A stretch of 64,000 bases of DNA from the NCBI GenBank assembly GCA_964570625.1, contig CAZMYW010000019.1:11842-75841 (forward strand), in the 5' to 3' direction. The stretch comes from an uncultured Nitrospirota bacterium (GTDB taxonomy: Bacteria; Nitrospirota; Nitrospiria; 2-01-FULL-66-17). The position numbers were made by a program, and so were the translations under genes. The notes beneath the pieces were generated by a model. That model saw only the letters and a list, made by a program, of their open reading frames with translations. It did no database searches and was not told the DNA's origin. Below, piece by piece: positions 9,842 to 18,310 of the stretch; the stretch's first letter is position 1, and every line of letters starts with the position of its first letter.

Positions 9842-10729
9842 TTACAGGCGGGCGAGGCGTGTTTCGAGTTCGGCGAGACTGTCGACCACATCAAGATGGT
9901 GGGACGTCAAGATTCCCTGGATCGTCGCGCTGGCCTGGCCGCCGACCCAGACTGGACAACGCGGTTTGACATGGGAGACCAGCTCCCTCGCCAGGGTGTC
10001 GGCCTCGGTCTCGCCGATCGTAACCGTCAACGAGACCAGCGCCACGGCCGCCGTCACACCGTGACACATCGCAGCCAACGCTGGAACGGGAACCCTGGCG
10101 CCGAGGTAGTGCACCCGATGGCCCCGAAGCTTGCATAGATACGCCACGACGTGGGCGCCCATCTCGTGCAACTCCTCCGGCGCGCAAGCCACCACGACTC
10201 GCAGACCAGCTTCATTGTCCGGCAACTGGTTCATCGCCGCGAACAGCTTATGCTGGACCTGTTTCGTCACATAGTGCTCCACCGAAACATCCAGCTTCGA
10301 CTCGGCCCACAGCTCCCCCACTCGGATCTGCAGCGGCACTAAGATTCCCCTTAACGCCTGGTCAAAGGGAATCACGGCCACCGCGCCGTTGAGGCGCGCC
10401 TCAAACGCCGCGGGATTCAAGGGGGTGAGAGCCGACTCGAGCTCGGCGAGCACTCGGGCGTAGATTCCCGGCGGCGCGGCGGGGATGGACGCACGGCCCT
10501 GAGCCCGCAGCTGTTCAGGCCCCAGCGCAGCCAGCTCACCAATGGATCGCCCCTTATCCAATTCTTCTTTGACGTAGCGTAGTAGCGCTACGTCGTCATC
10601 ACTATAGAGGCGGTATCGGTTGGCGCCTCGAATGGGCCGGACCAGCCCGAACCGCCGCTCCCAGACACGGATCACGTCCCTGGACAAGCCCGTAAGCTTG
10701 GCAACCCGATGGATTCTGTGTTGGTTCAC
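9842..10729 (-). CDS. MerR-family transcriptional regulator with C-terminal cobalamin (B12)-binding domain (CarH/LitR-like light-responsive repressor)
   Basis: The N-terminal MerR HTH is HRVAKLTGLSRDVIRVWERRFGL. The C-terminal region has an E-x-H-x-x-G B12-binding signature (EELHEMGAHVV) within a Rossmann-like stretch. Confidence 0.7.
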   Translation of the reverse strand: MNQHRIHRVAKLTGLSRDVIRVWERRFGLVRPIRGANRYRLYSDDDVALLRYVKEELDKGRSIGELAALGPEQLRAQGRASIPAAPPGIYARVLAELESALTPLNPAAFEARLNGAVAVIPFDQALRGILVPLQIRVGELWAESKLDVSVEHYVTKQVQHKLFAAMNQLPDNEAGLRVVVACAPEELHEMGAHVVAYLCKLRGHRVHYLGARVPVPALAAMCHGVTAAVALVSLTVTIGETEADTLARELVSHVKPRCPVWVGGQASATIQGILTSHHLDVVDSLAELETRLARL

Positions 10730-10779
10730 GTCAACATAATATACTGATAACTAATGAATGTCAAAACAAATTATAAATA

Positions 10780-10860
10780 ACTATTGACACATTAGACAAC
10801 GCTGTGGTAACGTCCGGCATAACATTGGACAAACATAGGTCTCAAAACGAATGTCACCAA
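10780..10860 (+). promoter_or_regulatory. AT-rich divergent control region with repeated (C)ATT(A/G)GACAA elements and TTGACA -35-like hexamer
   Basis: ttgacacATTAGACAAcg ... acATTGGACAAacat was read directly. It lies between the B12-MerR gene and the FGE operon. Confidence 0.35.
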
Positions 10861-10879
10861 CCACGAAGGAGGCCGCACC

Positions 10880-11839
10880 ATGAACCGCAGAGCACGCAAC
10901 GTTCAACGAGTCTTGATCGCAACCCTGACACTCCTCGCCGGCGCCGCCGCGGGGGTCTATGCCGGGGACATCGAGGAAATGGTCTTGATCCCGTTCGGCG
11001 AATTCACGATGGGAGCGAGCCTGGAAGGCGACGACACCACCCATCAGGTCGTCCTGAATTCCTTCTATATCGATAAACACGAAGTCTCCAACGCGCGTTA
11101 TCAACGGTTCGTCGCGGCCACCGGGCATTCCCCTGCAGCGTACTCGGACGATCGGCGCTTGAACCTCCCCAACCACCCGGTGGTCGGCGTCAACTGGCAC
11201 GACGCCAAGGCATTTTGCGAGTGGGACGGAAAACGCCTTCCTACCGAAGCCGAGTGGGAGAAGGCAGCGAGGGGTCCCTCGAGCAACCTGTATCCATGGG
11301 GCAACGCGTTCAACGACAAGAATGCCAACTGCTGCAACATGAACGACTCGACCATGCCGGTGGACTCCCACCCTGAGGGCGCCAGCGAATATGGTGTCTA
11401 CCACATGGCAGGAAACGCCTATGAGTGGGTGCAGGACTGGTACGACCACCAGTACTACAACACAGTAAAGACAGTGCTGAACCCGCAGGGACCCAAGAAG
11501 GGCTACAACTGGGGCGCCTTGGGCGAAATGAGGGTCATCCGCGGCGGCTCATGGTTTGCGCCCAGCGGCTCGCTGACTACGACACACCGATTCTGGAACC
11601 AGCCCGAGAACAACTCTTATGGGATCGGGCTGGGATTTCGTTGCGCGAAAGATGCCGACAATCGATTCGACCAGACCAGTCGCGCGGCCTACAACAAGGC
11701 ACTGATCAAATTCGCGACCGAGAACTACCCGGAGGCCTTGGCGGCCATCGACGAAGCACTCAAGTCCGAGCCAGGAAACCGGGGGTACCTGGAGCTCAAG
11801 ATGGAAGTCACGAAGAAAGCAGCCCGCAAGCAGAAATAA
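10880..11839 (+). CDS. FGE-sulfatase (formylglycine-generating enzyme / SUMF1) family protein, secreted
   Basis: It has a signal peptide, NWHDAKAFCEW..KRLPTEAEWEKAARG, RGGSW and GFRCA motifs. Confidence 0.8.
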   Translation: MNRRARNVQRVLIATLTLLAGAAAGVYAGDIEEMVLIPFGEFTMGASLEGDDTTHQVVLNSFYIDKHEVSNARYQRFVAATGHSPAAYSDDRRLNLPNHPVVGVNWHDAKAFCEWDGKRLPTEAEWEKAARGPSSNLYPWGNAFNDKNANCCNMNDSTMPVDSHPEGASEYGVYHMAGNAYEWVQDWYDHQYYNTVKTVLNPQGPKKGYNWGALGEMRVIRGGSWFAPSGSLTTTHRFWNQPENNSYGIGLGFRCAKDADNRFDQTSRAAYNKALIKFATENYPEALAAIDEALKSEPGNRGYLELKMEVTKKAARKQK

Positions 11840-11900
11840 CGGTACCGAGCCGGAGGGGTCTTTACGACCCTCCGGCCCGCTTCAAGAGGAGGACTCTTTC

Positions 11901-12260
11901 ATGTACGCGCTCGCAAGCCCTGCTGTGAAGGCCTGGCTCCTAGCCTGGTGCATCGTGGCGTCGGCACCCGTCAGTCTGACGTATGCGCTGGATCCGGAAC
12001 GCCTCGCCTCAATCCAGGAGGCCCGGGCGGCGGTGAACCACGCTTGGGAGGTGTATCACCGTGCCGCGCTCTCCGGCACCCTGAAGTCCCCGGCGCTCCA
12101 AGTCAGCATCGAGAAGGACCTGCGCGCAGCCCGAGCGCTGCTCGCTGAAGTCGAGGCGACGGATGACCCCGTCGCAGTCGGCCTCTCCAACGGTTGGCTC
12201 AACCAGATCTACGATCTGACGGACCGGATCATGACCGAGAGCCAAAGGCCCAAACAGTGA
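11901..12260 (+). CDS. hypothetical small secreted protein
   Basis: 119 aa with a signal peptide. It sits between the two FGE paralogs. Confidence 0.4.
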   Translation: MYALASPAVKAWLLAWCIVASAPVSLTYALDPERLASIQEARAAVNHAWEVYHRAALSGTLKSPALQVSIEKDLRAARALLAEVEATDDPVAVGLSNGWLNQIYDLTDRIMTESQRPKQ

Positions 12261-13081
12261 ACACACGAGCGACACCGGTCCTGGTTCTCGTGGTCTTCGC
12301 GGCCGTGATGGCCGTCGCGCCGCCCCACACTGTGGCGGACCAGGCTCAGTCCCGACTTGGGCGCGACCCGGTGACCATGGTTGTGGTGCCGGCGGGCTGG
12401 TTTCTGATGGGGAGTTCGGACCCGGTGGATCAGAGCGACGAGCGCCCGCAACGAAAGGTGTATCTCGACGCTTTTTCCATCGACGCGGTTGAGGTGACAA
12501 CCGAACGCTACGGAGCCTTTGTCAGGGCCACGGGTCACGCATGGCCACCCAATCCCTACGGCCAAGGGACTATCGCGGACTCGGACGGGATCGGGGCGCT
12601 TCCCATCGTTCAAGTCACCTGGCACGATGCATTCGACTACTGCCGCTGGGCCGGAAAACAACTCCCCACCGAGGCGGAATGGGAAAAGGCCGCCCGCGGC
12701 ATCGATGGAAGAAGGTTCCCCTGGGGCAACGCACCACCCAATCCCGAACGGGCAAACTTCGCGCGGGAGTGGGACGGAAATGGCACCATGCGCTCAGTCG
12801 GAACGACGCCGGAGGGGCGCTCGCCGGACGGCGTCATGGACATGGCGGGAAACGTGCGGGAGTGGGTGGCGGATTGGTACCACCCCGAATATTACGCCGG
12901 CGCGCCCGAGCGGAACCCTCAAGGCCCGGGCGACGGGATCCTCAAGGTCATTCGCGGTGGATCGTGGCACAACGGGGCGAACGAGCTTCGAGTCACCGCC
13001 CGCCAGAAAGGCGGGTTCGCCCTGAAGACCGACGGCGTGGGATTTCGGTGCGCCAGGAACATCGAGGCGTCCCAGCGGTAG
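12257..13081 (+). CDS. FGE-sulfatase family protein, paralog 2
   Basis: It has VTWHDAFDYCRWAGKQLPTEAEWEKAARG, RGGSWHN and GFRCARN. The track ORF starts at 12194 (TTG), overlapping the previous gene. GTG around 12257 precedes the signal peptide VLVLVVFAAVMAVA. Confidence 0.75.
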   Translation: MNTRATPVLVLVVFAAVMAVAPPHTVADQAQSRLGRDPVTMVVVPAGWFLMGSSDPVDQSDERPQRKVYLDAFSIDAVEVTTERYGAFVRATGHAWPPNPYGQGTIADSDGIGALPIVQVTWHDAFDYCRWAGKQLPTEAEWEKAARGIDGRRFPWGNAPPNPERANFAREWDGNGTMRSVGTTPEGRSPDGVMDMAGNVREWVADWYHPEYYAGAPERNPQGPGDGILKVIRGGSWHNGANELRVTARQKGGFALKTDGVGFRCARNIEASQR

Positions 13082-13175
13082 CGAGCAGGACCGGAGTGTG
13101 ATGCGTAATGGATGTTCGATGCACGGTACGGCGGTTCGGTTTGCCGGAAACTTTTAACCCGTTCAACGGTGACGT

Positions 13176-13715
13176 ATGCGCCCAACCCTGATGGCTCACT
13201 TGATGCTCACTGCGCTGTTCCTCGGAGCTTGCGCAGGCATCCCGAAACATGTTCAACCCGTGGAGCGATTCGATCTGGCGCGCTACCTGGGCACCTGGTA
13301 CGAGATTGCCCGGCTCGATCACCGATTCGAGCGCGGGCTCACTAACGTCAGCGCTGCCTATACAATGCGCGACGACGGGGGCGTGCGGGTGGTCAACCGA
13401 GGGTTTCGCCCCGCCACCGGGGAATGGGAGGAAGCGATCGGCAAGGCCTATTTCGTCGGCGCGCCGAGCGCTGGAAGCCTCAAGGTGTCGTTCTTCGGCC
13501 CGTTTTATGGCGGGTACAACGTTATCGACCTGGATCACGACGGGTATCAATACGCGCTGGTCTGCGGGCCTTCGCGGTCGTATCTCTGGATCCTCGCACG
13601 GCAGCCCACACTGGAGGATGCCACGGTGCGCGCGTTGGTCGACACGGCCAGGGCCATGGGATTCGAGGTCGACAACCTTGTCTACGTGGCACAGGACAAG
13701 GGCGGAATGCCGTGA
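13176..13715 (+). CDS. blc: bacterial lipocalin (outer-membrane lipoprotein Blc)
   Basis: It has the lipocalin motif GTWYEIARL and a lipobox LGAC. Confidence 0.8.
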   Translation: MRPTLMAHLMLTALFLGACAGIPKHVQPVERFDLARYLGTWYEIARLDHRFERGLTNVSAAYTMRDDGGVRVVNRGFRPATGEWEEAIGKAYFVGAPSAGSLKVSFFGPFYGGYNVIDLDHDGYQYALVCGPSRSYLWILARQPTLEDATVRALVDTARAMGFEVDNLVYVAQDKGGMP

Positions 13716-14662
13716 GTACCGAACGTATTCGCATCGGCATCTCCAGTTGCCTCCTCGGGGAAGAGGTGCGTTACGACGGAGGCCACAAGCACAACGGCTA
13801 CATCACCGAAACCCTGGGGCAGTATTTCAGCTTCGTGCCCTATTGCCCCGAGGTGGCCATCGGGATGGGAGTCCCGCGCCAGCCGATTCGTCTTGTGCAG
13901 ATTGGCGGCAGCCCGCGCGCCCGTGGCGTTACCGACCCGAATCTGGATGTGACCGACGTGCTTGAGGCGTACGCGGAGCTCGTGGCGGTGACGCTGGGAG
14001 CGATCAGCGGGTATATCTTGAAAAAAGGGTCGCCGAGCTGTGGGATGGAGCGGGTCAGGCAGTACAGTCCCAAAGGGATGCCTGTCGCCAGCAGCGCCGG
14101 GATTTATGCACGCGTCATCATGACACGGCTCCCCGAGCTACCCTTCGAAGAAGAAGGGCGTCTGATGGACCCGGTCTTACGTGAGAACTTTGTCGAGCGG
14201 GTGTTCGTCTACCATCGCTGGCAGCAGCTGGTGGTAGACCGCCTCACGCCCAAAACGCTCGTCGAGTTTCACACCCGGCACAAGTTATTGGTGCTGGCGC
14301 ACGACGAACCGGCCTATCGCGCCCTGGGCCGGCTCGTGGCCGCGGCCGGAACAGACCCTATCGTGAACCTGGGCACGCGCTACATCAGGCGCCTGATGGA
14401 GGCCCTCAAGAAGCCGGCGACCCGCAAGCGCCACGCCAATGTCCTTCAGCACGTATTCGGTTTCTTCAAGAGCCAACTCGATGCAGCGGACAAGCGCGAG
14501 ATCGTGGACCTCGTCAACGCCTACCGACGCGGACAGGTGCCGCTGATCGTGCCGATCACCTTGCTTCGGCATTACCTGCGGCGCTTTCCCGATCCCTATC
14601 TCGCAAGCCAACACTATCTCGCCCCGCACCCTGACGAGTTGATGCTGCGAAACCAGATCTGA
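13712..14662 (+). CDS. DUF523/DUF1722 fusion protein (TudS-/YbgA-like)
   Basis: GTG 13712 overlaps the blc stop. The N-terminal DUF523-like part (GISSCLLGEEVRYDGGHK.., CPEV) is followed by a DUF1722-like helical part. The track ORF 13424.. runs through blc. Confidence 0.6.
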   Translation: MSTERIRIGISSCLLGEEVRYDGGHKHNGYITETLGQYFSFVPYCPEVAIGMGVPRQPIRLVQIGGSPRARGVTDPNLDVTDVLEAYAELVAVTLGAISGYILKKGSPSCGMERVRQYSPKGMPVASSAGIYARVIMTRLPELPFEEEGRLMDPVLRENFVERVFVYHRWQQLVVDRLTPKTLVEFHTRHKLLVLAHDEPAYRALGRLVAAAGTDPIVNLGTRYIRRLMEALKKPATRKRHANVLQHVFGFFKSQLDAADKREIVDLVNAYRRGQVPLIVPITLLRHYLRRFPDPYLASQHYLAPHPDELMLRNQI

Positions 14663-14812
14663 CTACCGGACCTCTTGCACCGCGAACCGCGCCTGCGCGG
14701 TGTCGAGCTGCTCATTGGTCGCGGCCTTTTGCGCCGAAATCAGGCGCAAGGTGTCCTGCGGTACGCCTTGGCCACGCCCAGGATCACGTATTGCTGGGCC
14801 AGGAGCCGGTGA

Positions 14813-15346
14813 CTATTTTGATCCGGCCGCGGAACCCGCCATGGACCCCGCGATCACGCCGGCAACTACCCCGATGGCAATGGCGGTCGCGGACGCCGCG
14901 CTGGCCCTCTGCTTACTGATCGCGGCTCTCTGTTGGATCGCAGACATCTCATAATGAGGATCCGATTCGATTGAAATCGTCTGCTCGCGATCCACAAACC
15001 GCAAGAATTGCGCGTTGACCCCATAACAGGAGGTCCACACGTAGTCCGGTTGCTTCTCTCCTACGACGTTGATGACATCGGCGTTCAAGGCACATGCGTC
15101 AGCGATGACCGTCTTGAAGACGGCCCCTTCATCACATTGGTTAGGCATGAATTTGTCATGGATTTCTATATTGCCGAGCACGTGAATTTCTTGATCGGAA
15201 AAATGGAAATCTCTTTTTATGGGAACGTCACAAGATATCCCAACTTGGGAGGGATCCAGCACGTAACCATGCCTCGACACTTCCGCCGCACAGCCGCACA
15301 GGACAATAACGAGGCCGACATGAAGGGCTCGACTGATCTTCTTCAT
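14813..15346 (-). CDS. hypothetical lipoprotein
   Basis: It has a signal peptide plus a lipobox LCGC, Cys-rich. Confidence 0.45.
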   Translation of the reverse strand: MKKISRALHVGLVIVLCGCAAEVSRHGYVLDPSQVGISCDVPIKRDFHFSDQEIHVLGNIEIHDKFMPNQCDEGAVFKTVIADACALNADVINVVGEKQPDYVWTSCYGVNAQFLRFVDREQTISIESDPHYEMSAIQQRAAISKQRASAASATAIAIGVVAGVIAGSMAGSAAGSK

Positions 15347-15453
15347 AATCTTCGCCTCCTGGCAGACGCGTCATGGGCGCCACTCATGGCGGGATACCAA
15401 CAGCAGTCTGGACGGGGAGAATCTTCAATCTTTAGCTCCGCCGATTCATGATA

Positions 15454-15483
15454 TTGACAGAATTCTGTACAGTCACGTATAGT
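15454..15483 (+). promoter_or_regulatory. putative sigma70 promoter of TA operon (TTGACA-18-TATAGT)
   Basis: Read directly upstream of the antitoxin start. Confidence 0.35.
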
Positions 15484-15510
15484 GGTATCGTTTCGATCAG
15501 AGGCCTATCG

Positions 15511-15792
15511 ATGGCGATCTCCCCCAAAGACGTGATTCCTCTCACCAAAGCCCGTGCCACCCTCACGGAACTGTGCGAGCAAGTCCGCCGCACGCGGGGC
15601 GAGAAGCTGATCACCAAGAACGGCGAGAGCTGTGCGGCGCTGATCGACGCCGACCTCCTGGACCACTACCACCGCCTCGAACGTGAGCATATCCATCTCA
15701 CTCTGTTGGAAGAGGCCGTCAAGGGGATGACGGATGCGGCGGCTGGCAAGACCGTCTCGCTGAAGGCCCTCAAAACCCGGTATGGCCGATAG
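15511..15792 (+). CDS. type II antitoxin, Phd/YefM family
   Basis: About 93 aa (MAISPKDVIPLTKARATLTELCEQV..), overlapping the toxin gene by 11 nt. Confidence 0.65.
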   Translation: MAISPKDVIPLTKARATLTELCEQVRRTRGEKLITKNGESCAALIDADLLDHYHRLEREHIHLTLLEEAVKGMTDAAAGKTVSLKALKTRYGR

Positions 15793-16156
15793 GCGGTTCG
15801 CCTCGGTCTTTACCGACAACTTTCTCTCTAATCTGGACGCGATCGAGACCTTCCTCAAACCGGGGGGGATTGCGGCGTTTCGGCGTCTGATGGATCGACT
15901 CTTCGGCGATATTGTTCCGATGCTCGCCCGCTTTCCGGACAGCGGGCGACCCTTCCTCCACCATCCCGTCCGATCCCGCGAGGCGCAGACGCTCGTGCGC
16001 AAACTTCGCTCGCTGATGTCACCGACCGACCAAATCCGGGAGTTTGTCTTGGACGATTACCTCCTTCTGTATCTTCGTCGCCGAAGGAAGCTCTTGTTTC
16101 TGGCGATCAAACATCACCGCCAGTTGTCCTTTGACCTTCGGAGATTCTGGGCGTAA
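15782..16156 (+). CDS. type II toxin, ParE/RelE family
   Basis: 124 aa. The C-terminal ..EFVLDDYLLLYLRRRRKLLFLAIKHHRQL.. is typical of ParE. Confidence 0.6.
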   Translation: MADRRFASVFTDNFLSNLDAIETFLKPGGIAAFRRLMDRLFGDIVPMLARFPDSGRPFLHHPVRSREAQTLVRKLRSLMSPTDQIREFVLDDYLLLYLRRRRKLLFLAIKHHRQLSFDLRRFWA

Positions 16157-16172
16157 GCGGGGCAAGAAGGGA

Positions 16173-16574
16173 TTAGGCATCGACGGCCGTGTAGTTTGCA
16201 ATATCTGCTTCGATTCCCAGTCGCGCGAACAGTTCTTGCGGTTTGAATCCGCTCTTGGCGTGGGCGGCCATCACCACCGCCTTGGCCGCTTCCATGGCGG
16301 ACTGGCTCTGCCACTCGACCAGCGTGACGACGTTGAATCTGCCCGGACCGGATGTTTGTTCGAGCACGACATCGCGAACAAACCCCGGCTGCACAAACCG
16401 ATAGGAAAAAGCGAGTACACACGCGTGGGACATGGGTTGGCCCATCGGCGGATACACCTCGGTGGCGTGCAGCACGGCGTCGATGGCCACCGCGGGAATG
16501 ATGTTGGTGAGCATCCCCGCCAACACCGCGGCAATGCTTCTAGGCCAGGTTTTCTTTGTCGCGGTCTTGTTCAT
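16173..16574 (-). CDS. hypothetical protein (N-terminal TM helix; C-terminal ABM/Dabb-like?)
   Basis: The track ORF is 16173..16655. The probable start is MNKTATKK at 16574. Confidence 0.35.
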   Translation of the reverse strand: MNKTATKKTWPRSIAAVLAGMLTNIIPAVAIDAVLHATEVYPPMGQPMSHACVLAFSYRFVQPGFVRDVVLEQTSGPGRFNVVTLVEWQSQSAMEAAKAVVMAAHAKSGFKPQELFARLGIEADIANYTAVDA

Positions 16575-16868
16575 CGCTTGGCCTGCACGCCGCCAATAAC
16601 TTGCTCCAAGTTTCCCAGCTCGTTCTCCCAACCCATGACCGCCCGTTCCGTCCACTCCTCGTCGTGCATGGCGCCGAATGTTAGCGCCATCCGTACACTC
16701 TGCCCGTTTTCAGGTCGTCGCCGGCGCACTCCTTGCGTCGAGGAGCGCGCCGGCTTTTGCCAGCTCCTCGTGGTACGTGGCCATAGCGGCCATGAGTTCC
16801 TCCCCCGGATTCGGGATGACTTCGGCTTCCGATTCCTTGGTGGCTTTGACGATGATCATGAATCGCAT
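16571..16868 (-). pseudogene. YciI-like (DGPF domain) protein gene, frameshifted
   Basis: A 52-aa N-terminal ORF MRFMIIVKATKESEAEVIPNPGEELMAAMATYHEELAKAGALLDARSAPATT* matches the YciI-like N-terminus. A weakly matching C-terminal half runs in another frame and ends at TGA overlapping the next ATG. The total would be about 99 aa. Confidence 0.45.
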
Positions 16869-17021
16869 GGGCTCTCCTTGCTATTGGGATGCGTGAATTG
16901 CCGTCTACGCCCTCTAGTCGTTCGGGGGAACCTGAGATCGACAACGAAACTCAGAAAAAATTGCTTCGTCGGAGTAGTCGCGATCCGCGATCAGGGAGGA
17001 AACCCGGAGACCTCACGCTCG

Positions 17022-18257
17022 TCAGAATTCCACGCCCAACGACAAACTGGAGCGCAAATCGTTCTTTTCGGGTGTGGTGCCGTCGGCAGCCGTCTGTGGA
17101 TCTGACACATGATCCCACACTACCGCAAGGTCCACGTCGAGAACCTTGGTGAGCTCGAATTCGAGCGTCGCCACCGTGTGATGCAGCGCGCCTCCAGCCT
17201 CTTCGCTGACGAATTGGCCGGTGTACGAGAGATTCAGGTCCACCCGTTTGGTGAGGTCCGCCTCTGCGCTGGTGCCGATTGCGACGACCATGGTGTCCTC
17301 CGATTCGGCTTGTCCTGTCTCCACGGTCTCGAACCTGGTCCGCTGATACCCCGAACCCATGAAAATATCCCACTCCAGATTCTGCCGGTATACGATGTCA
17401 TAGCCCAGCCCGATAACGCCGGTGACCCGGTAGGCCACATTGCTGAAGGGGTCGCTGAAGTATTCCAAGACAGGAGCACGGACGTACACACGGCGGGACA
17501 GCCAATAGTCGAACACGGTCGTCACACGATGGTTGTTGGCTGACTCCACGCCGTTGAGCTCTTCCATAGTCCCCAAGTAATCCAGGGCCAATCTGGTGGT
17601 AGGAGTGCGCCGGGTCAGATCGGTTGTGATGTTCAGTCCGGTGCTTTCGGTGTTGCCGGTGAGTGTGGTCAGGCCGATGCTGATCTTGCCCGACCAGTAG
17701 TCGATCTCGTGAGAGCCCGCGGGCGTGATGGCAATGAGTCGAGCGCGGTCGAACACGATCGGACCTTCCCCGCCTTGCACGGTGACCTTGTCCCTTGATA
17801 CGTGTAAGGTGCCCTCGACTTTGACCCGCTCATCCGAAAAGGCCAAGAATTCGTTGAAGTAAGGCAACAGCGCGACGTCTCGATGCGGCGCCCCCTCCCC
17901 TGGTGTTCCATCCAACAACACCTCATGGCGGTGCGGCGAACGAACCTGATAGACGTCTTCCCAATCGAATTCCTGCCATTCAAGCTCCTCGCTATCGAAC
18001 TCCAAGCTGTAGTCCTGCATCGACTTGAGGCTTCCTTTGAGCCATTCGCCGGACTTCAACTGGATCCAGTCGAATCCATCTGCCCCCGGCTCCAGGGGTC
18101 GCCAGGGCACCGGGGTTGCGGACGGGGTGGAATAGCCGGCGTCAGACGAATCCTGGCCGTCCATGGCGAACACGGGAACGCTCACGGGCATCAGCAGGAT
18201 AAGCCCCGCACCCATTACCTTGAGGCTCATCACCAGCACGCGTGGCAGAGGCGCCAT
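17022..18257 (-). CDS. outer-membrane beta-barrel protein with N-terminal periplasmic domain
   Basis: It has a signal peptide MAPLPRVLVMSLKVMGAGLILLMPVSVPVFA, an alternating beta-strand pattern and a C-terminal ..LGVEF. The track ORF is extended upstream across glsA. Confidence 0.5.
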   Translation of the reverse strand: MAPLPRVLVMSLKVMGAGLILLMPVSVPVFAMDGQDSSDAGYSTPSATPVPWRPLEPGADGFDWIQLKSGEWLKGSLKSMQDYSLEFDSEELEWQEFDWEDVYQVRSPHRHEVLLDGTPGEGAPHRDVALLPYFNEFLAFSDERVKVEGTLHVSRDKVTVQGGEGPIVFDRARLIAITPAGSHEIDYWSGKISIGLTTLTGNTESTGLNITTDLTRRTPTTRLALDYLGTMEELNGVESANNHRVTTVFDYWLSRRVYVRAPVLEYFSDPFSNVAYRVTGVIGLGYDIVYRQNLEWDIFMGSGYQRTRFETVETGQAESEDTMVVAIGTSAEADLTKRVDLNLSYTGQFVSEEAGGALHHTVATLEFELTKVLDVDLAVVWDHVSDPQTAADGTTPEKNDLRSSLSLGVEF

Positions 18258-18310
18258 TCGGCGCCCCTGCCACGGTCCGCAGACCCAGCGCTTGGTAGGA
18301 AGTCGTTGGA

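Noticed and set aside
12237-12260. Apparent one-nucleotide discrepancy between my reading of the printed sequence (gaccgagaagcc) and the ORF-track translations (which imply gaccgagagcc)
   Set aside because: The downstream coordinates (for example ATG 13176) agree with the track, so this is most likely my mis-reading of one base. Track coordinates were used.
9617-14662. tRNA-linked genomic island
   Set aside because: No integrase, no direct repeat of the tRNA 3' end and no obvious compositional shift were seen, so an island was not claimed.
16571-16868. In-frame TGA as possible selenocysteine
   Set aside because: No SECIS-like stem was evident. The sequence after the stop in that frame is non-homologous junk, while homology continues in a different frame. 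Frameshift is the simpler explanation.
16044-17105. 353-aa plus-strand ORF
   Set aside because: It is antisense to several better-supported minus-strand genes. It is Arg-rich and of GC-shadow composition, with no recognisable motifs.
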